Origin: an uncultured delta proteobacterium
GTDB taxonomy: Bacteria; Desulfobacterota; Binatia; Binatales; Binataceae
Assembly (NCBI GenBank): GCA_963744545.1
Contig: CAVUUH010000036.1
Span: 141,880 to 205,879 of the forward strand
Length of the DNA: 64,000 nt
Direction of reading: 5' to 3'
Shown here: positions 17,750-28,407 of the stretch, piece after piece
Layout of the letters: each line of letters opens with the position of its first letter
Position numbering within the stretch: the first letter of the stretch is position 1
Made by a program: the position numbers and the translations under genes
Notes under the pieces: generated by a model
What the model saw: only the letters and a program-made list of their open reading frames with translations
Told to the model about the DNA's origin: nothing
Databases searched by the model: none

Positions 17750-20505
17750 GCAATCAATTCGCGCAGCACGAACGGCAGGATTCCGCCGTGCCGGACGTAC
17801 TCGACTTCCTCAGGCGTGTCCGCGCGCATCGTCACCTCGAACTCTGTCGTCTTGCCGCCGAATTCAGCACGCACCTTTAACGTCTGGCGCGGCTTGATCC
17901 CGGCTTTGAGTCCGGTGATCGAAAACAATTCCTTACCGATGAGCCCGAGTGTCTGCCGATTTTCGCCGGGCTTGAACTCGAGCGCGAGCACGCCCATCCC
18001 AATCAGATTGCTGCGATGGATTCGCTCGAAGTTTTCCGCGATCACGGCGCGCACGCCGAGCAGTTGCACACCCTTGGCGGCCCAATCGCGCGACGAGCCG
18101 GTGCCGTATTCCTTGCCCGCGATCACGATCAGCGGAACGCCCTCTTTGCGATAGCGCTCCGACGCGTCGAAAATCGTCATCTTCTCGCCGTCCGGCTGAT
18201 GCGCCGTGAACCCGCCCTCGACCCCCGGCACCATCAGGTTCTTGAGCCGGATATTCGCGAGCGTCCCGCGCATCATCACCTCATGATTCCCGCGCCGCGC
18301 GCCGTACGAGTTGAAATCCTTGGGCTGCACGCCGTGCTCGATCAGGTACTTGCCCGCGGGACTGTCGGGTGCGATCGAGCCCGCCGGCGAAATATGATCG
18401 GTCGTCACGCTGTCGCCGAGAACCGCGAGCGCCCTCGCGCCGTTGATGTCGGTGAACTCTCCAACTTTCGCGGTCACGCCCTCGAAGAACGGCGGCGCCT
18501 TCACATAGAGCGAATCTTCCGCCCATCGGAACAGGTTGCCCTCGGGAACTTTGAGACTCTTCCATCTTTCGTCGCCTTCAAACACCTGCCCGTACTCGCT
18601 CTTGAACATCTCGGCGTGAACCGAGCCGGTCACTGCAGCCGCGACTTCTTCCTGCGACGGCCAGATGTCGCGCAAAAACACCGGACGCCCGTCGGAACCG
18701 GTGCCGAGCGGCTGATGCTCGACGTCGATATCCATCGTGCCGGCAATCGCGTACGCGACCACCAGCGGCGGCGACGCGAGGTAGTTGAATCGCACGACGG
18801 GATTGATGCGCCCCTCGAAATTGCGATTGCCGCTCAGGATCGCGCACGCCACCAGGTTGCCATTCTTGATCGCGCCGGCGATCGCCTCGTCAACCGGCCC
18901 GCTGTTGCCGATACAAGTCGTGCATCCGTAACCAACCAGGTTGAAGCGTAGTTTTTCCAGTGACTCGATCAGTCCCGCGCGCTTGAGGTACTGCGTGACG
19001 ACCTTCGATCCTGGCGCCAGGCTGGTCTTCACGAATGGCTTGACGGTCAGCCCGCGTGCGACCGCTTTCTTCGCGAGAATCCCCGCCGCCAGCATCACCG
19101 ACGGATTCGAGGTGTTGGTGCAGCTCGTGATAGCGGCGATCACGATCGAGCCATGCGTCAGCCGAAACTTCCCAGCCTCGGAATGCACCTCGACCTTATG
19201 CGCGATATGCCCGAGCTTCGTTTCGAGGATGGTTCCCTCGCCGGCAACCGCGCCGTTGCCGCCTTCGGCGACCCACTTCGCCAGCTCGTCGCGATCGACG
19301 CTCGGATGCTCCTCGAACTCCTTGCCGAGCTCGCGACGAAAATCGCTCTTGGCCTGCGTCAGCGCGACTCGATCCTGCGGACGTCGCGGACCCGCCATGC
19401 TCGGCACGACGCTGCCGAGATCGAGTTCGAGCGTGTCGGAAAATTTCGGCTCGGGCGCGTCGGGCGAATTGAAAAGTCCTTGCGCCTTGCAGTACGCCTC
19501 GATCAATTTGATCTGGCTGTCGCTGCGGCCAGTCAGCCGCAGATACGTGAGCGTCTGTTCGTCGACCGGAAAATATCCCATCGTTGCGCCGTACTCGGGC
19601 GACATGTTGCCGAGCGTCGCGCGATCCGCGACCGGCAGCGATGCGAGCCCCGGCCCGAAGTACTCGACGAACTTGCCGACCACGCCTTTCTTGCGCAGCA
19701 TCTGGGTGACAGTCAGCACCAGGTCGGTCGCCGTCGCGCCGGGACGCAGACTGCCCGAGAGGCGAAAGCCGATCACTTCGGGAATCAGCATCGGCATCGA
19801 GCGCCCGAGCATCGCGGCTTCGGCCTCGATTCCGCCGACGCCCCATCCCACGACGCCGAGCCCGTTGATCATCGTGGTGTGCGAGTCGGTGCCGATGACA
19901 GTGTCGGGATACGCCTCGCCCTTCTCCGACGCGAAAACCACCGGCGCGAGATATTCGAGATTGACCTGGTGAACGATTCCGGTGTCAGGCGGCACGACGC
20001 GAAAATTGTCGAACGCGCCCTGGCCCCATCGCAGGAAAAGATAGCGTTCCTGGTTGCGCTCGAACTCGAGTTGCGCGTTGGCGGCGAAGGCGTTGGCGGT
20101 TCCGAACGAATCGACCTGCACAGAATGATCGATCACCAAATCGACCGGCTGCAGGGGACTTATCTTGTCGGGATTGCCGCCGAGCTTCTTGATGGCGTCG
20201 CGCATCACCGCCAAATCCGCGACCACCGGCACGCCGGTAAAGTCCTGCAAGAGCACGCGCGCCGGCATGAACGAGACTTCGCGCTCGCCGCCCTTGCCGT
20301 TCCATCGGGCCAGCGCTTCTATCTGACCCTTCGTCACGATCACTCCGTCCTCGCGCCGCAACACGTTCTCGATCATCACCTTGATCGAATACGGCATTCG
20401 CGCGAGCGAGAACCCCCGCTTCTCGAGCGCATCGAGTTTGTAAATCGTGTAGCTCTTGCCATCAACCGTGAGGGTTGAACGAGCACCAAAACTGTTTGTC
20501 GTCAT
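17746..20505 (-). CDS. acnA: aconitate hydratase AcnA
   Basis: Full-length match to aconitase A (MTTNSFGARSTL…SIKVMIENVLRREDG…). The likely start is the ATG at 20505. Confidence 0.9.
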   Translation of the reverse strand: MTTNSFGARSTLTVDGKSYTIYKLDALEKRGFSLARMPYSIKVMIENVLRREDGVIVTKGQIEALARWNGKGGEREVSFMPARVLLQDFTGVPVVADLAVMRDAIKKLGGNPDKISPLQPVDLVIDHSVQVDSFGTANAFAANAQLEFERNQERYLFLRWGQGAFDNFRVVPPDTGIVHQVNLEYLAPVVFASEKGEAYPDTVIGTDSHTTMINGLGVVGWGVGGIEAEAAMLGRSMPMLIPEVIGFRLSGSLRPGATATDLVLTVTQMLRKKGVVGKFVEYFGPGLASLPVADRATLGNMSPEYGATMGYFPVDEQTLTYLRLTGRSDSQIKLIEAYCKAQGLFNSPDAPEPKFSDTLELDLGSVVPSMAGPRRPQDRVALTQAKSDFRRELGKEFEEHPSVDRDELAKWVAEGGNGAVAGEGTILETKLGHIAHKVEVHSEAGKFRLTHGSIVIAAITSCTNTSNPSVMLAAGILAKKAVARGLTVKPFVKTSLAPGSKVVTQYLKRAGLIESLEKLRFNLVGYGCTTCIGNSGPVDEAIAGAIKNGNLVACAILSGNRNFEGRINPVVRFNYLASPPLVVAYAIAGTMDIDVEHQPLGTGSDGRPVFLRDIWPSQEEVAAAVTGSVHAEMFKSEYGQVFEGDERWKSLKVPEGNLFRWAEDSLYVKAPPFFEGVTAKVGEFTDINGARALAVLGDSVTTDHISPAGSIAPDSPAGKYLIEHGVQPKDFNSYGARRGNHEVMMRGTLANIRLKNLMVPGVEGGFTAHQPDGEKMTIFDASERYRKEGVPLIVIAGKEYGTGSSRDWAAKGVQLLGVRAVIAENFERIHRSNLIGMGVLALEFKPGENRQTLGLIGKELFSITGLKAGIKPRQTLKVRAEFGGKTTEFEVTMRADTPEEVEYVRHGGILPFVLRELIA

Positions 20506-20573
20506 GCGTTCAGAATAGCGCGCGAGCGCGGCCAATCAACCAGTGATAAAGTGAAAAATGAAAAATGAAAAAA

Positions 20574-23500
20574 CTAATTTGAAGATCTGCGGCGCGAGGC
20601 ACGCGCGGGCGCCGGCCCATGCAAGCCGTCGAAGACCAGCGAGCGGCCGTCGGAATGGAAACGCATCGCGGCGAGGATTCCGACTCGCGGGGACTCGAGC
20701 GCGGGGACGCCGTCGATTGAATCGATCGTGATCCGCGGCTTCAACGTCATGAGAGCCGCGACGGCTGCGCTGAAACTCTCGTCGTCCACTTCGCCCTCAC
20801 CAGTGATCATCGCGCGTCCTTGCAGTCCGGCAATCACGCGTCCGGCGCGTACAACGATGACGTTGCCAGCCTCGCGCGCGATACCGCATCCGGGAATCAC
20901 GGCGCCGTAAGGATTGGCCGGATCGATCGCGCTGAGAGCGATCGGCTTCTCGCGCGCCGCGATGAGATTGCGGGCGGCATGCAGCATCTCGACCGCTTCG
21001 GGCAGCGCGTACTGCTCGCCGGAAAGCGAGCGCACGAACCATCCGCGGCGAATCGCGCCACCATATTCGAGCCGGCGAAGCGCGAAGGAGATTTCGTTCC
21101 ATGAGATATGCGTCGATTCGATTCCGAGCATCTCGCGCGCGAGGATTCCGTGGCGTTCGAGCAACTTGAGCGCGAGGTCGCGCGTTTCATCGGCGCCAAC
21201 CACGGGAGTTTCGGCCGCGCGAATCAATGACCATCGTCCTGCCAGGCTCGACTTCAGTCGCGCGCGAACCGCGGCGTCGTGACGAGTCGTCGGACGACGT
21301 GCGACCGACTCAAGCGCACGCTCGGCGGCGCGATCGTCGGAAAACATCCGCAGTGGCGCGAAGTTGTCGTTGCTGACGCGTCCCGCCGCCGCCATCCTCC
21401 ACAGGGCCGACAACGCGTCGCGCTCGGAGATGTTCGCGCGCTCAGCTACCTCGTCGAGATACTGAGCGCCGGCGGCTCCCAGAGCCGTCAGCACCGCTTG
21501 CTCCTTCGCGTCTTCGGTTGCGGAGGCGTCGCCTTGAGCAAAGAGACTCGCTTTGCGCGCGACGAACGTGACTCGCGACGGTGTGTTCGCGGGACGCGCA
21601 CCTTCGACGGCTTCTCCGGGTTCGGCAAGCCACTTCATCTGACCGCTCATGCAAACCAGGTCGAGCATCTCGGGGCGATAGCCTTCGATGCGCGCCGGCA
21701 GGATCGCATGCTCCCAATTTTCGGGCGTCGCCGCGATTCCTGAAAGCTGATCGAGCACCGCGGCGACTCCGGTCTGGTCCGCGGGAAGCTCGGTGCTGCC
21801 GACGTGCATCCACTTCAGCCGGAAAGCTGCGTACTCATGATCGGCGCACGGCTCGATTTCGGCGCGCACACGCGCCAGCGTCATCCGATGGATCCGTTCG
21901 AGGTTGTAGCGATCGCACCATTGAATCGTGTCGGAGCGGGTGAAGTGTCCGCGGAAAATCGCGCCCTGCCCTTCCAGCGCCGCGAGATTCTGATCGATGT
22001 CCGATTGTATGAGATGCAGTCGCGCGGCGATCTCGGCGGCTGTCGTCGGTCCGCAAGTTTTTAATGCTCGCCGCACAAGTTCGACGCGAGCCGCGTCGCC
22101 ATCTGATGAACCGCCGGCGTACGCTGCATCGAACAGCGGCTTGTCCTCGCTGGCAATCATTCTTTCGGGTGATTCGCCGTTCAAGCTGACGCGTGCGATT
22201 CGGCCTTCCGCGTCCAGCTCCGAGATCATTGCGCGGGCACCCTCGCCTAGTCGTTCTTCGACTTCGGCCAGCGTCAGCGAGCCGTGCGCGCGAATCAGTT
22301 CGAAGAGTTCGTCGCGCGAGCGCGGCTTGCGCCCTGCGGCGCGGCCCGTCACTTCGGCAACGACGCTTTCGACCGCATCGGCGGAGAGCAGATCGGATAG
22401 ATCCTCTTTGCGGAACACGTCCTCGGCCATGCCGCGATTCATCGTGACAGTCCGCGAACGGCGGTTGGCCCGCTCGCCATCGTCGAGGAACGAATAATCC
22501 CACGCGAGTAACAGGCGATGCGCGAACACCGACGGCGCGATTGCGTCGACGGTGACGGTGCGAATCGCGCCGCTCTCGATTCCTTCGAGCAATTGGACGA
22601 TGCGCGGCAGGTCGGTGGATTCCTCGAGACATTCGCGAATCGTTTCTTCGATCACGAAATGGTCCGGCAGTTCGATCGCGCCCGGCCGGTTCTCGAAGCA
22701 TGCTTGCTGGCCTGGAAAAATCGACGACAGCAATTCCTGCGAGCGCAGGCGCTGGATCCAGGCGGGAACTTTTTTGCCGCGCGACGATCGCATGATCGCA
22801 AGCGCGCGGGTCGCGACATGACGGAAGCGCACTTCGAACATCGGGGCGGCGAGCAATGCCTGCACCAGCACGTCGCGGGCGTTGCGCGCCTTCAACATGC
22901 TGAAGAGAGTGTCGAGCGGAAAGCTGTGGCGCGAATTCAGCGCGAGCAGCACGCCGTCGTCGATAGCAGACGCCTGGATTTCGAAATCGAACGACTGGCA
23001 CAGGCGCTTTCGAATCGCGAGGCCGAGTCCGCGATTGAGACGGATACCGAACGGAGTGTGGATGACGAGTTGGGTACCGCCGAGGCCGTCGAAGAAGCGC
23101 TCGATGACGACGGTCTTCTCGTCGGGAATCGCGCCGAGCGCCTCGACGCCTCGACGTACATAGTCGGCGGCTTGGGTCGCGGCGCGCTCCGACATCGCGC
23201 ATTCGCTCATCAGCCACTCTTCGGGCGATTGTTTGCGCTCGATGCGATCCCAAATTTCGTGGCGCAGGTCGCTGATCTCCGCCGACATCGCAGGCGAGCG
23301 GCCGCCCGCCTCGGTCAACCAGAATGGGAGCGTCGGCGCCATCCCGGGAGCAGCCTCGACCATCAGGCGTCCGCGCGAGCTGCGCTGGATCTGCCAGGGC
23401 ATCGAGCCCAGTGAAAAAACGTCGCCGCGCGAGGATTCCTGCGCGAAGTCTTCTTCGACGTCACCGATTTTGCGGCCTTCGGATTCGATCACGACGTCGT

Positions 23501-25058
23501 AGTTGCCGGCTTCGGGAATCGTTCCGCCCGAAGTGATGACAGACAACCGCGCAGAACGGCGCGGGCGGACACGGGCGTTGACTCGATCGAAGAAAATTTT
23601 CGGCGCTGCGCCCATAATTTTTTCAGGTAAATCATTGGCCAACTGCTCAAGGAGATGACGCAGTTTGGTGGCGTCGAGATGGCTGAAGTTGTACGCGTTG
23701 CGAATGACACGCAGCAGATCGGTCTCGGAGATTTCGTCTTCCTCGGCGGCGATCGCGACGATTTGCTGCGCCACGATATCGACGCATCCCATCGGGATTT
23801 CAACTTCGTCGAGGTGGCCGTGACGAATTGCGCGCACTGCCGCACCGCATTCGAGCAAATCGTCGGTAGTGAGCGCGAAGAAACGGCCCTTGGGCGTAGC
23901 GCCGAGGCTGTGTCCCGATCGGCCGATGCGCTGAATCGCGGCCGAAATGGATTTGGGCGTATCGAGCTGGCATACGAGGTCGACTGCGCCAACATCGATG
24001 CCGAGTTCGAGCGACGCGGTCGCGACGATCGCCTTCAGCTCTCCGCGCTTGAGACGTTGCTCGGCGAGCAGACGCTCGGCGCGTGCGAGGCTGCCATGAT
24101 GCGCCATCACGGCGTCGGTGCCGAGGCGCTTCTGCAGGTTGATCGCGACGCGCTCGGCGTGGCGGCGGCTGAGCGTGAAGACGAGCGTCGTGCGATGCTC
24201 GCCGATGAGTCGCGCGACCTCGTCGTACATCGCCTCCCAATGCGGATGGGTCGCGAGCGGGCCGAGTTCGGGGCCGGGCGCGATGACCTGGAGATCCATT
24301 TCACGGACGCGATCGTCAGCGCGAACTATTTTGATTGGACGCGGCGTGCGAGCGCCGTCGCGAGTCACGTCGTAGCCGGCGAGGAATCCGGCGAGCTTTT
24401 CGATTGGATTCAGCGTCGCCGACAAGCCGATTCGATTCGGGCGCGCGTTGCCGCGACTGGTCACGAAGCGTTCGAGGCGTTCGAGCGTCAGCGCGAGATG
24501 CGCACCGCGCTTGTTGCCGGCGAGTGCGTGGAGTTCATCGACGATCACGTGGCGGACGGCGGCGAGCTTCTCGCGAAACTTCGGCGAGGTCAGCAGGATG
24601 AACAGCGACTCGGGCGTCGTGACGAGAATATGCGGCGGCCGACGGAGCATCGCAGTGCGCTCGCTGGCGGAGGTGTCACCCGTGCGAAGCCCGGCGCGGA
24701 TGCGTGAAAGATCGAGTCCCGATTCGGCGCCGACATCGCTCACGCCGTGGAGCGGTTCTTCGAGATTCAGGCGGATGTCGTTGGCAAGCGCCTTGAGCGG
24801 AGAAACGTAGAGGACGGAGACTTCGTCGCGGAGAAGATTGTTCGCCGCATCAAGCACGAGGCCGTTGATCGCCCACATGAAAGCCGCGAGCGTCTTGCCG
24901 CTGCCGGTTGGTGCGCAGAGGAGGACGTCGAAGCCGGGGGCATCGTTGGCGGCACCGATGATGGGCCATCCGAGTTCCTGCGCGCGCGAGGGCGCATCGA
25001 AGCGCCGATTGAACCAGGCGCGAACTGCAGGATGGAAGTCGTCGAGGGCGGTGGGCAT
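20574..25058 (-). CDS. lhr: Lhr-family ATP-dependent helicase (DEAD/DEAH box), 1494 aa
   Basis: N-terminus FHPAVRAWFNRRF…APTGSGKTLAAF and helicase motifs throughout. Intact. Confidence 0.85.
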   Translation of the reverse strand: MPTALDDFHPAVRAWFNRRFDAPSRAQELGWPIIGAANDAPGFDVLLCAPTGSGKTLAAFMWAINGLVLDAANNLLRDEVSVLYVSPLKALANDIRLNLEEPLHGVSDVGAESGLDLSRIRAGLRTGDTSASERTAMLRRPPHILVTTPESLFILLTSPKFREKLAAVRHVIVDELHALAGNKRGAHLALTLERLERFVTSRGNARPNRIGLSATLNPIEKLAGFLAGYDVTRDGARTPRPIKIVRADDRVREMDLQVIAPGPELGPLATHPHWEAMYDEVARLIGEHRTTLVFTLSRRHAERVAINLQKRLGTDAVMAHHGSLARAERLLAEQRLKRGELKAIVATASLELGIDVGAVDLVCQLDTPKSISAAIQRIGRSGHSLGATPKGRFFALTTDDLLECGAAVRAIRHGHLDEVEIPMGCVDIVAQQIVAIAAEEDEISETDLLRVIRNAYNFSHLDATKLRHLLEQLANDLPEKIMGAAPKIFFDRVNARVRPRRSARLSVITSGGTIPEAGNYDVVIESEGRKIGDVEEDFAQESSRGDVFSLGSMPWQIQRSSRGRLMVEAAPGMAPTLPFWLTEAGGRSPAMSAEISDLRHEIWDRIERKQSPEEWLMSECAMSERAATQAADYVRRGVEALGAIPDEKTVVIERFFDGLGGTQLVIHTPFGIRLNRGLGLAIRKRLCQSFDFEIQASAIDDGVLLALNSRHSFPLDTLFSMLKARNARDVLVQALLAAPMFEVRFRHVATRALAIMRSSRGKKVPAWIQRLRSQELLSSIFPGQQACFENRPGAIELPDHFVIEETIRECLEESTDLPRIVQLLEGIESGAIRTVTVDAIAPSVFAHRLLLAWDYSFLDDGERANRRSRTVTMNRGMAEDVFRKEDLSDLLSADAVESVVAEVTGRAAGRKPRSRDELFELIRAHGSLTLAEVEERLGEGARAMISELDAEGRIARVSLNGESPERMIASEDKPLFDAAYAGGSSDGDAARVELVRRALKTCGPTTAAEIAARLHLIQSDIDQNLAALEGQGAIFRGHFTRSDTIQWCDRYNLERIHRMTLARVRAEIEPCADHEYAAFRLKWMHVGSTELPADQTGVAAVLDQLSGIAATPENWEHAILPARIEGYRPEMLDLVCMSGQMKWLAEPGEAVEGARPANTPSRVTFVARKASLFAQGDASATEDAKEQAVLTALGAAGAQYLDEVAERANISERDALSALWRMAAAGRVSNDNFAPLRMFSDDRAAERALESVARRPTTRHDAAVRARLKSSLAGRWSLIRAAETPVVGADETRDLALKLLERHGILAREMLGIESTHISWNEISFALRRLEYGGAIRRGWFVRSLSGEQYALPEAVEMLHAARNLIAAREKPIALSAIDPANPYGAVIPGCGIAREAGNVIVVRAGRVIAGLQGRAMITGEGEVDDESFSAAVAALMTLKPRITIDSIDGVPALESPRVGILAAMRFHSDGRSLVFDGLHGPAPARASRRRSSN

Positions 25059-25162
25059 TTATAAAACTATAGTCACTGCGGGGCGACCTTACAAAAAAAG
25101 ATGCTGACAATGGGGTGGCAGGAGATCTTAAGGGCATCGCGAGAGTGCCACGCAACCCAACC

Positions 25163-25187
25163 CCTAACCCCTTCCCGAGCGAGAAGG
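25163..25187. terminator. hairpin ccccttc ccgagcga gaagggg in the lhr-upstream / DUF1111-downstream spacer
   Basis: An inverted repeat flanked by T- and A-runs on opposite sides. Confidence 0.35.
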
Positions 25188-25246
25188 GGAACCAAAAAAT
25201 CAATTTGGATGTGGGCGCGCGAGGGCGAATGGGCCCTCGCGTGATG

Positions 25247-26671
25247 TTAGAGGGTGTTCAGGAAATTCACCACATCCTGCTGCTGCGAGGTAGATAGGGC
25301 CTGGAAGGCTTGCGAGGCGGGTTTGCCCTGGCCGTCGTGCAGCGAGATTGCGGTGGGCAAATCGAGGGCGCGGCCGTCGTGCAGGAAGATTGATTTGGCG
25401 CGCAATCCCCAGAGCGGCGCCGTGCGCATCATCGTCGGACCCGCGGCGCCTGACGTTATCCCGTCGCCGAGCGCGCCCATGTCGTGCAGCAGGAAATCGC
25501 CGTACGGATGGAAGGTCTGCTGCGCCAGCGCGTGGTTGACGGTCGAGCTCATCGGAGTGCCTCCCGTGGCAGCCGGAATGAACGATGCGGGATTCGAGGC
25601 GGTAGTCAGCGACGGCGCGTGGCATCCGGCGCATCCCAACTGCGAGAACATAAACTTGCCTCGGAGCGCCGACGAGTTTTGCGGAATCGTGGGCGGCGGC
25701 GCGAGCGCGCGCATGAAATCGGAGAAGCGGTCGATGTCGGCGCGACCGTCGGGATCAATCGTATCTTCGATGCCGGTGTCTTCGAGCGTGATGCCGTACT
25801 GAGTCACGCCAATCGCACAACTGCTGGTGTCGGTCGGGTTGTCGGGATTCGTGATTCCCATTTCGTTGAGATAGGCGTCGCCGGCAAACCCGCGCAGCAA
25901 CGCATGATCGTTTTTCCATCCGAAACGTCCGACGTGCGCGGTATTCAGAAAATTCTCGGTGACCATCTTGACGGTGCCGCGGATTGACTGAGGCTCGTTT
26001 TGCGCCAACTGGATCAACGTTTGATCCGGTACCGCCTCGACCAGTCCGTCGCCGAACAAGGCAAGCGCGGCGCGTCCCGCAACGCAATCGCCGCCGCTGG
26101 TGAAATTCGCACTGGTTGGATCGCATGTGGGCAGCTCGGTGCTGAACGTGGTCTTCATCGCCTCCTCCTGCTGGCATGCGGAGAGTTGGCATCCGGGGAC
26201 AGTTATCTGGCATCCGAGCGGCTCGGCCGTCACACCACCGGCGAAAATTGGCGTGGCGCCCTGCGACTGCGGGCCGTTGCGGAGCATATTATCCACCGCG
26301 AAGATGTGGACCGGGCCGGGGTCGGTGTTGTTGCGGACGCGAATCTCGTTGATGAAGAGACCGCCGCCGCCGGTCGCAGGCTGCGAATGGCATCCGGTGC
26401 ACGTGGTGCCATTGAAGAGCGGTCCCAGTTGCGGCATCTCTTCGATTTCCTTGAAGTTGATCTGGCCGGTGGCGAAGGTCGACAGGTCGGCGAGGCTATT
26501 GGCGACCGCCGGCAGCGGCGCGCCGAAACCGTCGAGGTTGATGGGATAGCTGGGCTGCGACTGAGTCGAGGCGCGGCGATTGGCGGGGCCGGCGTATGCG
26601 TTGTGAGGCGTCGCGAGCGCGAGCGCGCAGAGAATTAATCCCACAGATCCGAGTGCGGTCTGAGTCTTCAC
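25247..26671 (-). CDS. di-haem c-type oxidoreductase of the DUF1111 family (COG3488 'thiol oxidoreductase')
   Basis: Signal peptide and two CxxCH motifs (CTGCH, CAGCH) with family-typical spacing. Confidence 0.65.
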   Translation of the reverse strand: MKTQTALGSVGLILCALALATPHNAYAGPANRRASTQSQPSYPINLDGFGAPLPAVANSLADLSTFATGQINFKEIEEMPQLGPLFNGTTCTGCHSQPATGGGGLFINEIRVRNNTDPGPVHIFAVDNMLRNGPQSQGATPIFAGGVTAEPLGCQITVPGCQLSACQQEEAMKTTFSTELPTCDPTSANFTSGGDCVAGRAALALFGDGLVEAVPDQTLIQLAQNEPQSIRGTVKMVTENFLNTAHVGRFGWKNDHALLRGFAGDAYLNEMGITNPDNPTDTSSCAIGVTQYGITLEDTGIEDTIDPDGRADIDRFSDFMRALAPPPTIPQNSSALRGKFMFSQLGCAGCHAPSLTTASNPASFIPAATGGTPMSSTVNHALAQQTFHPYGDFLLHDMGALGDGITSGAAGPTMMRTAPLWGLRAKSIFLHDGRALDLPTAISLHDGQGKPASQAFQALSTSQQQDVVNFLNTL

Positions 26672-27144
26672 AATCCTGACTCCTTCGCCCGGGCGCGCGA
26701 TTTTCGAAATCGCGAGCGAGGCTGTTCCGCGGCGTCCGCGCAGGTGACATCACGCGGGCACACATTCACACCTAACTGTCGGTCGCGCTTTGAGGATTTT
26801 CCGGGCGTCGCGAGCTCCCCCGAGCAGTCACTTCATCGAAAACGGGTATGTCGTTGGCTCATTGGAGGTCGTTGCGACCTCGGAAAAGATACAGATGTGG
26901 ATGAACCGAGAGAGTACTTAGCAATGTCGCTATGTTAATACAAGACTATCAGAAATAACGTTGTTCTCTCTTTTATTGTCACATCTATGCAAACAAATGC
27001 TGTCATGGACTTTAAATGCGGAATTCCTGCTGATTGATGCGCGCTCGAACTCCTGGAGCGCCACGACAGGAAGTCATCGCGAAGATGCCATGAGCAAGAC
27101 CGGGAGGTGGGGGACGTCTTCACCGACGGCGAGCAACGCGACCA

Positions 27145-28407
27145 TTGCGAGTGAGAATGGGCCAGCCGCGACGCACGACGCCATCAATTTCGGCCTCATC
27201 GCCACGCGAGCACGCTCTCTTGACCCTCGGGCAGCACTACCCGGCTTCTGCTAGAATCGCGCGCGTGCAATCGCTCGACGACTACATCCCGCGCCCAGGC
27301 CTCTCCGTTCCCATCGTTACGATTCTCGACGCTCGCGGCCGCGTCCTCGAAGACCAGCAGCGCGCCGTCGTTCGCTTCGCGCTGCAGGACGGCGCCGGCG
27401 CCGACATCATCTTCGCCGCAGGCACCACCGGCGAATGGGATCGTATCGACAACTCACGCCGCCAGGCCGTCGCGCGAATCGCGATCGAGGAATGCCGCCG
27501 CGTGCGCGAGTCCGTCGCCAAGAAGATCGAAGCATGGGCCGGCATCACCGCGCACACCCGCGCCGACACGCTCGACAACCTCACTCATGCGCTCCACGCT
27601 GGCGCCGACGCAGTGGTGGTCGCGCCGCTGTCGATCAAGGACGTCGAGAATCCAGCCGAATTCGTTGAGCGCGACATCGGCGCCGTATTCAATCGCGCGG
27701 GCCGGATGCTCCCGCTGTTTCTCTACGACAACGCCGACATCGCCGCTCCCGGCAAGGCGCCGCATCTGCATACGCGCGACGTCAAGGCGATGGCGCGGCT
27801 GCCGTACGTGCGCGGAATAAAAGTCACCGCGAGCAAGACCGTCATTGGCAACTACACGCGCGCCGCGTCGCATTTCAAAGCGGGTCACGAGTTCGCGATC
27901 TATGCCGGCAACGCGTACCTCATCTTCGATTTGTTCGCCCCGCCTGAAGGCGTCGGCGATCGCATGCGCCATTACTGGAATCGTTACCTGACTCAGCGCA
28001 CGCGCCCTTACGGCGTCGTCGCGGGGCCTGCCAATGCGATGCCGCGCGAATGGCAGCGCGGATGGCAGGTCTGCCGTTCAGGCGACATCGAGCTGATGCG
28101 CTTGTATGCTGACGCGATCGAGGAATTTCGCATCACCTGTACGTTCAAGCGCGGCGCCAAGTCCTATCGCCCGACGATTGCGACGATCAAGGCGTCGCTC
28201 AAGGAAATGGGCGTCATCGAGAGCGACGCAGTCGGCGCGGGCACGCCGCCGATGAGCGATACCGAGCGCCGCGAATTCTCGACGCGATTCGCCGCACTAC
28301 GCGATCGCAACGCCGAGATGCTTGAGCGCGGATGGGTCAGCGAATACGATTCGCCCGCCGGCCTCGCGCCGGCAACCGAACGAAAATCTGCGGGGCGCAA
28401 TGGCTGA
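27145..28407 (+). CDS. dihydrodipicolinate synthase/N-acetylneuraminate lyase family protein; the true start is probably internal
   Basis: …PIVTILDARGRVLEDQQRAVVRFALQDGAGADIIFAAGTTGEW… resembles the DapA/NAL family. Confidence 0.55.
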   Translation: MRVRMGQPRRTTPSISASSPREHALLTLGQHYPASARIARVQSLDDYIPRPGLSVPIVTILDARGRVLEDQQRAVVRFALQDGAGADIIFAAGTTGEWDRIDNSRRQAVARIAIEECRRVRESVAKKIEAWAGITAHTRADTLDNLTHALHAGADAVVVAPLSIKDVENPAEFVERDIGAVFNRAGRMLPLFLYDNADIAAPGKAPHLHTRDVKAMARLPYVRGIKVTASKTVIGNYTRAASHFKAGHEFAIYAGNAYLIFDLFAPPEGVGDRMRHYWNRYLTQRTRPYGVVAGPANAMPREWQRGWQVCRSGDIELMRLYADAIEEFRITCTFKRGAKSYRPTIATIKASLKEMGVIESDAVGAGTPPMSDTERREFSTRFAALRDRNAEMLERGWVSEYDSPAGLAPATERKSAGRNG

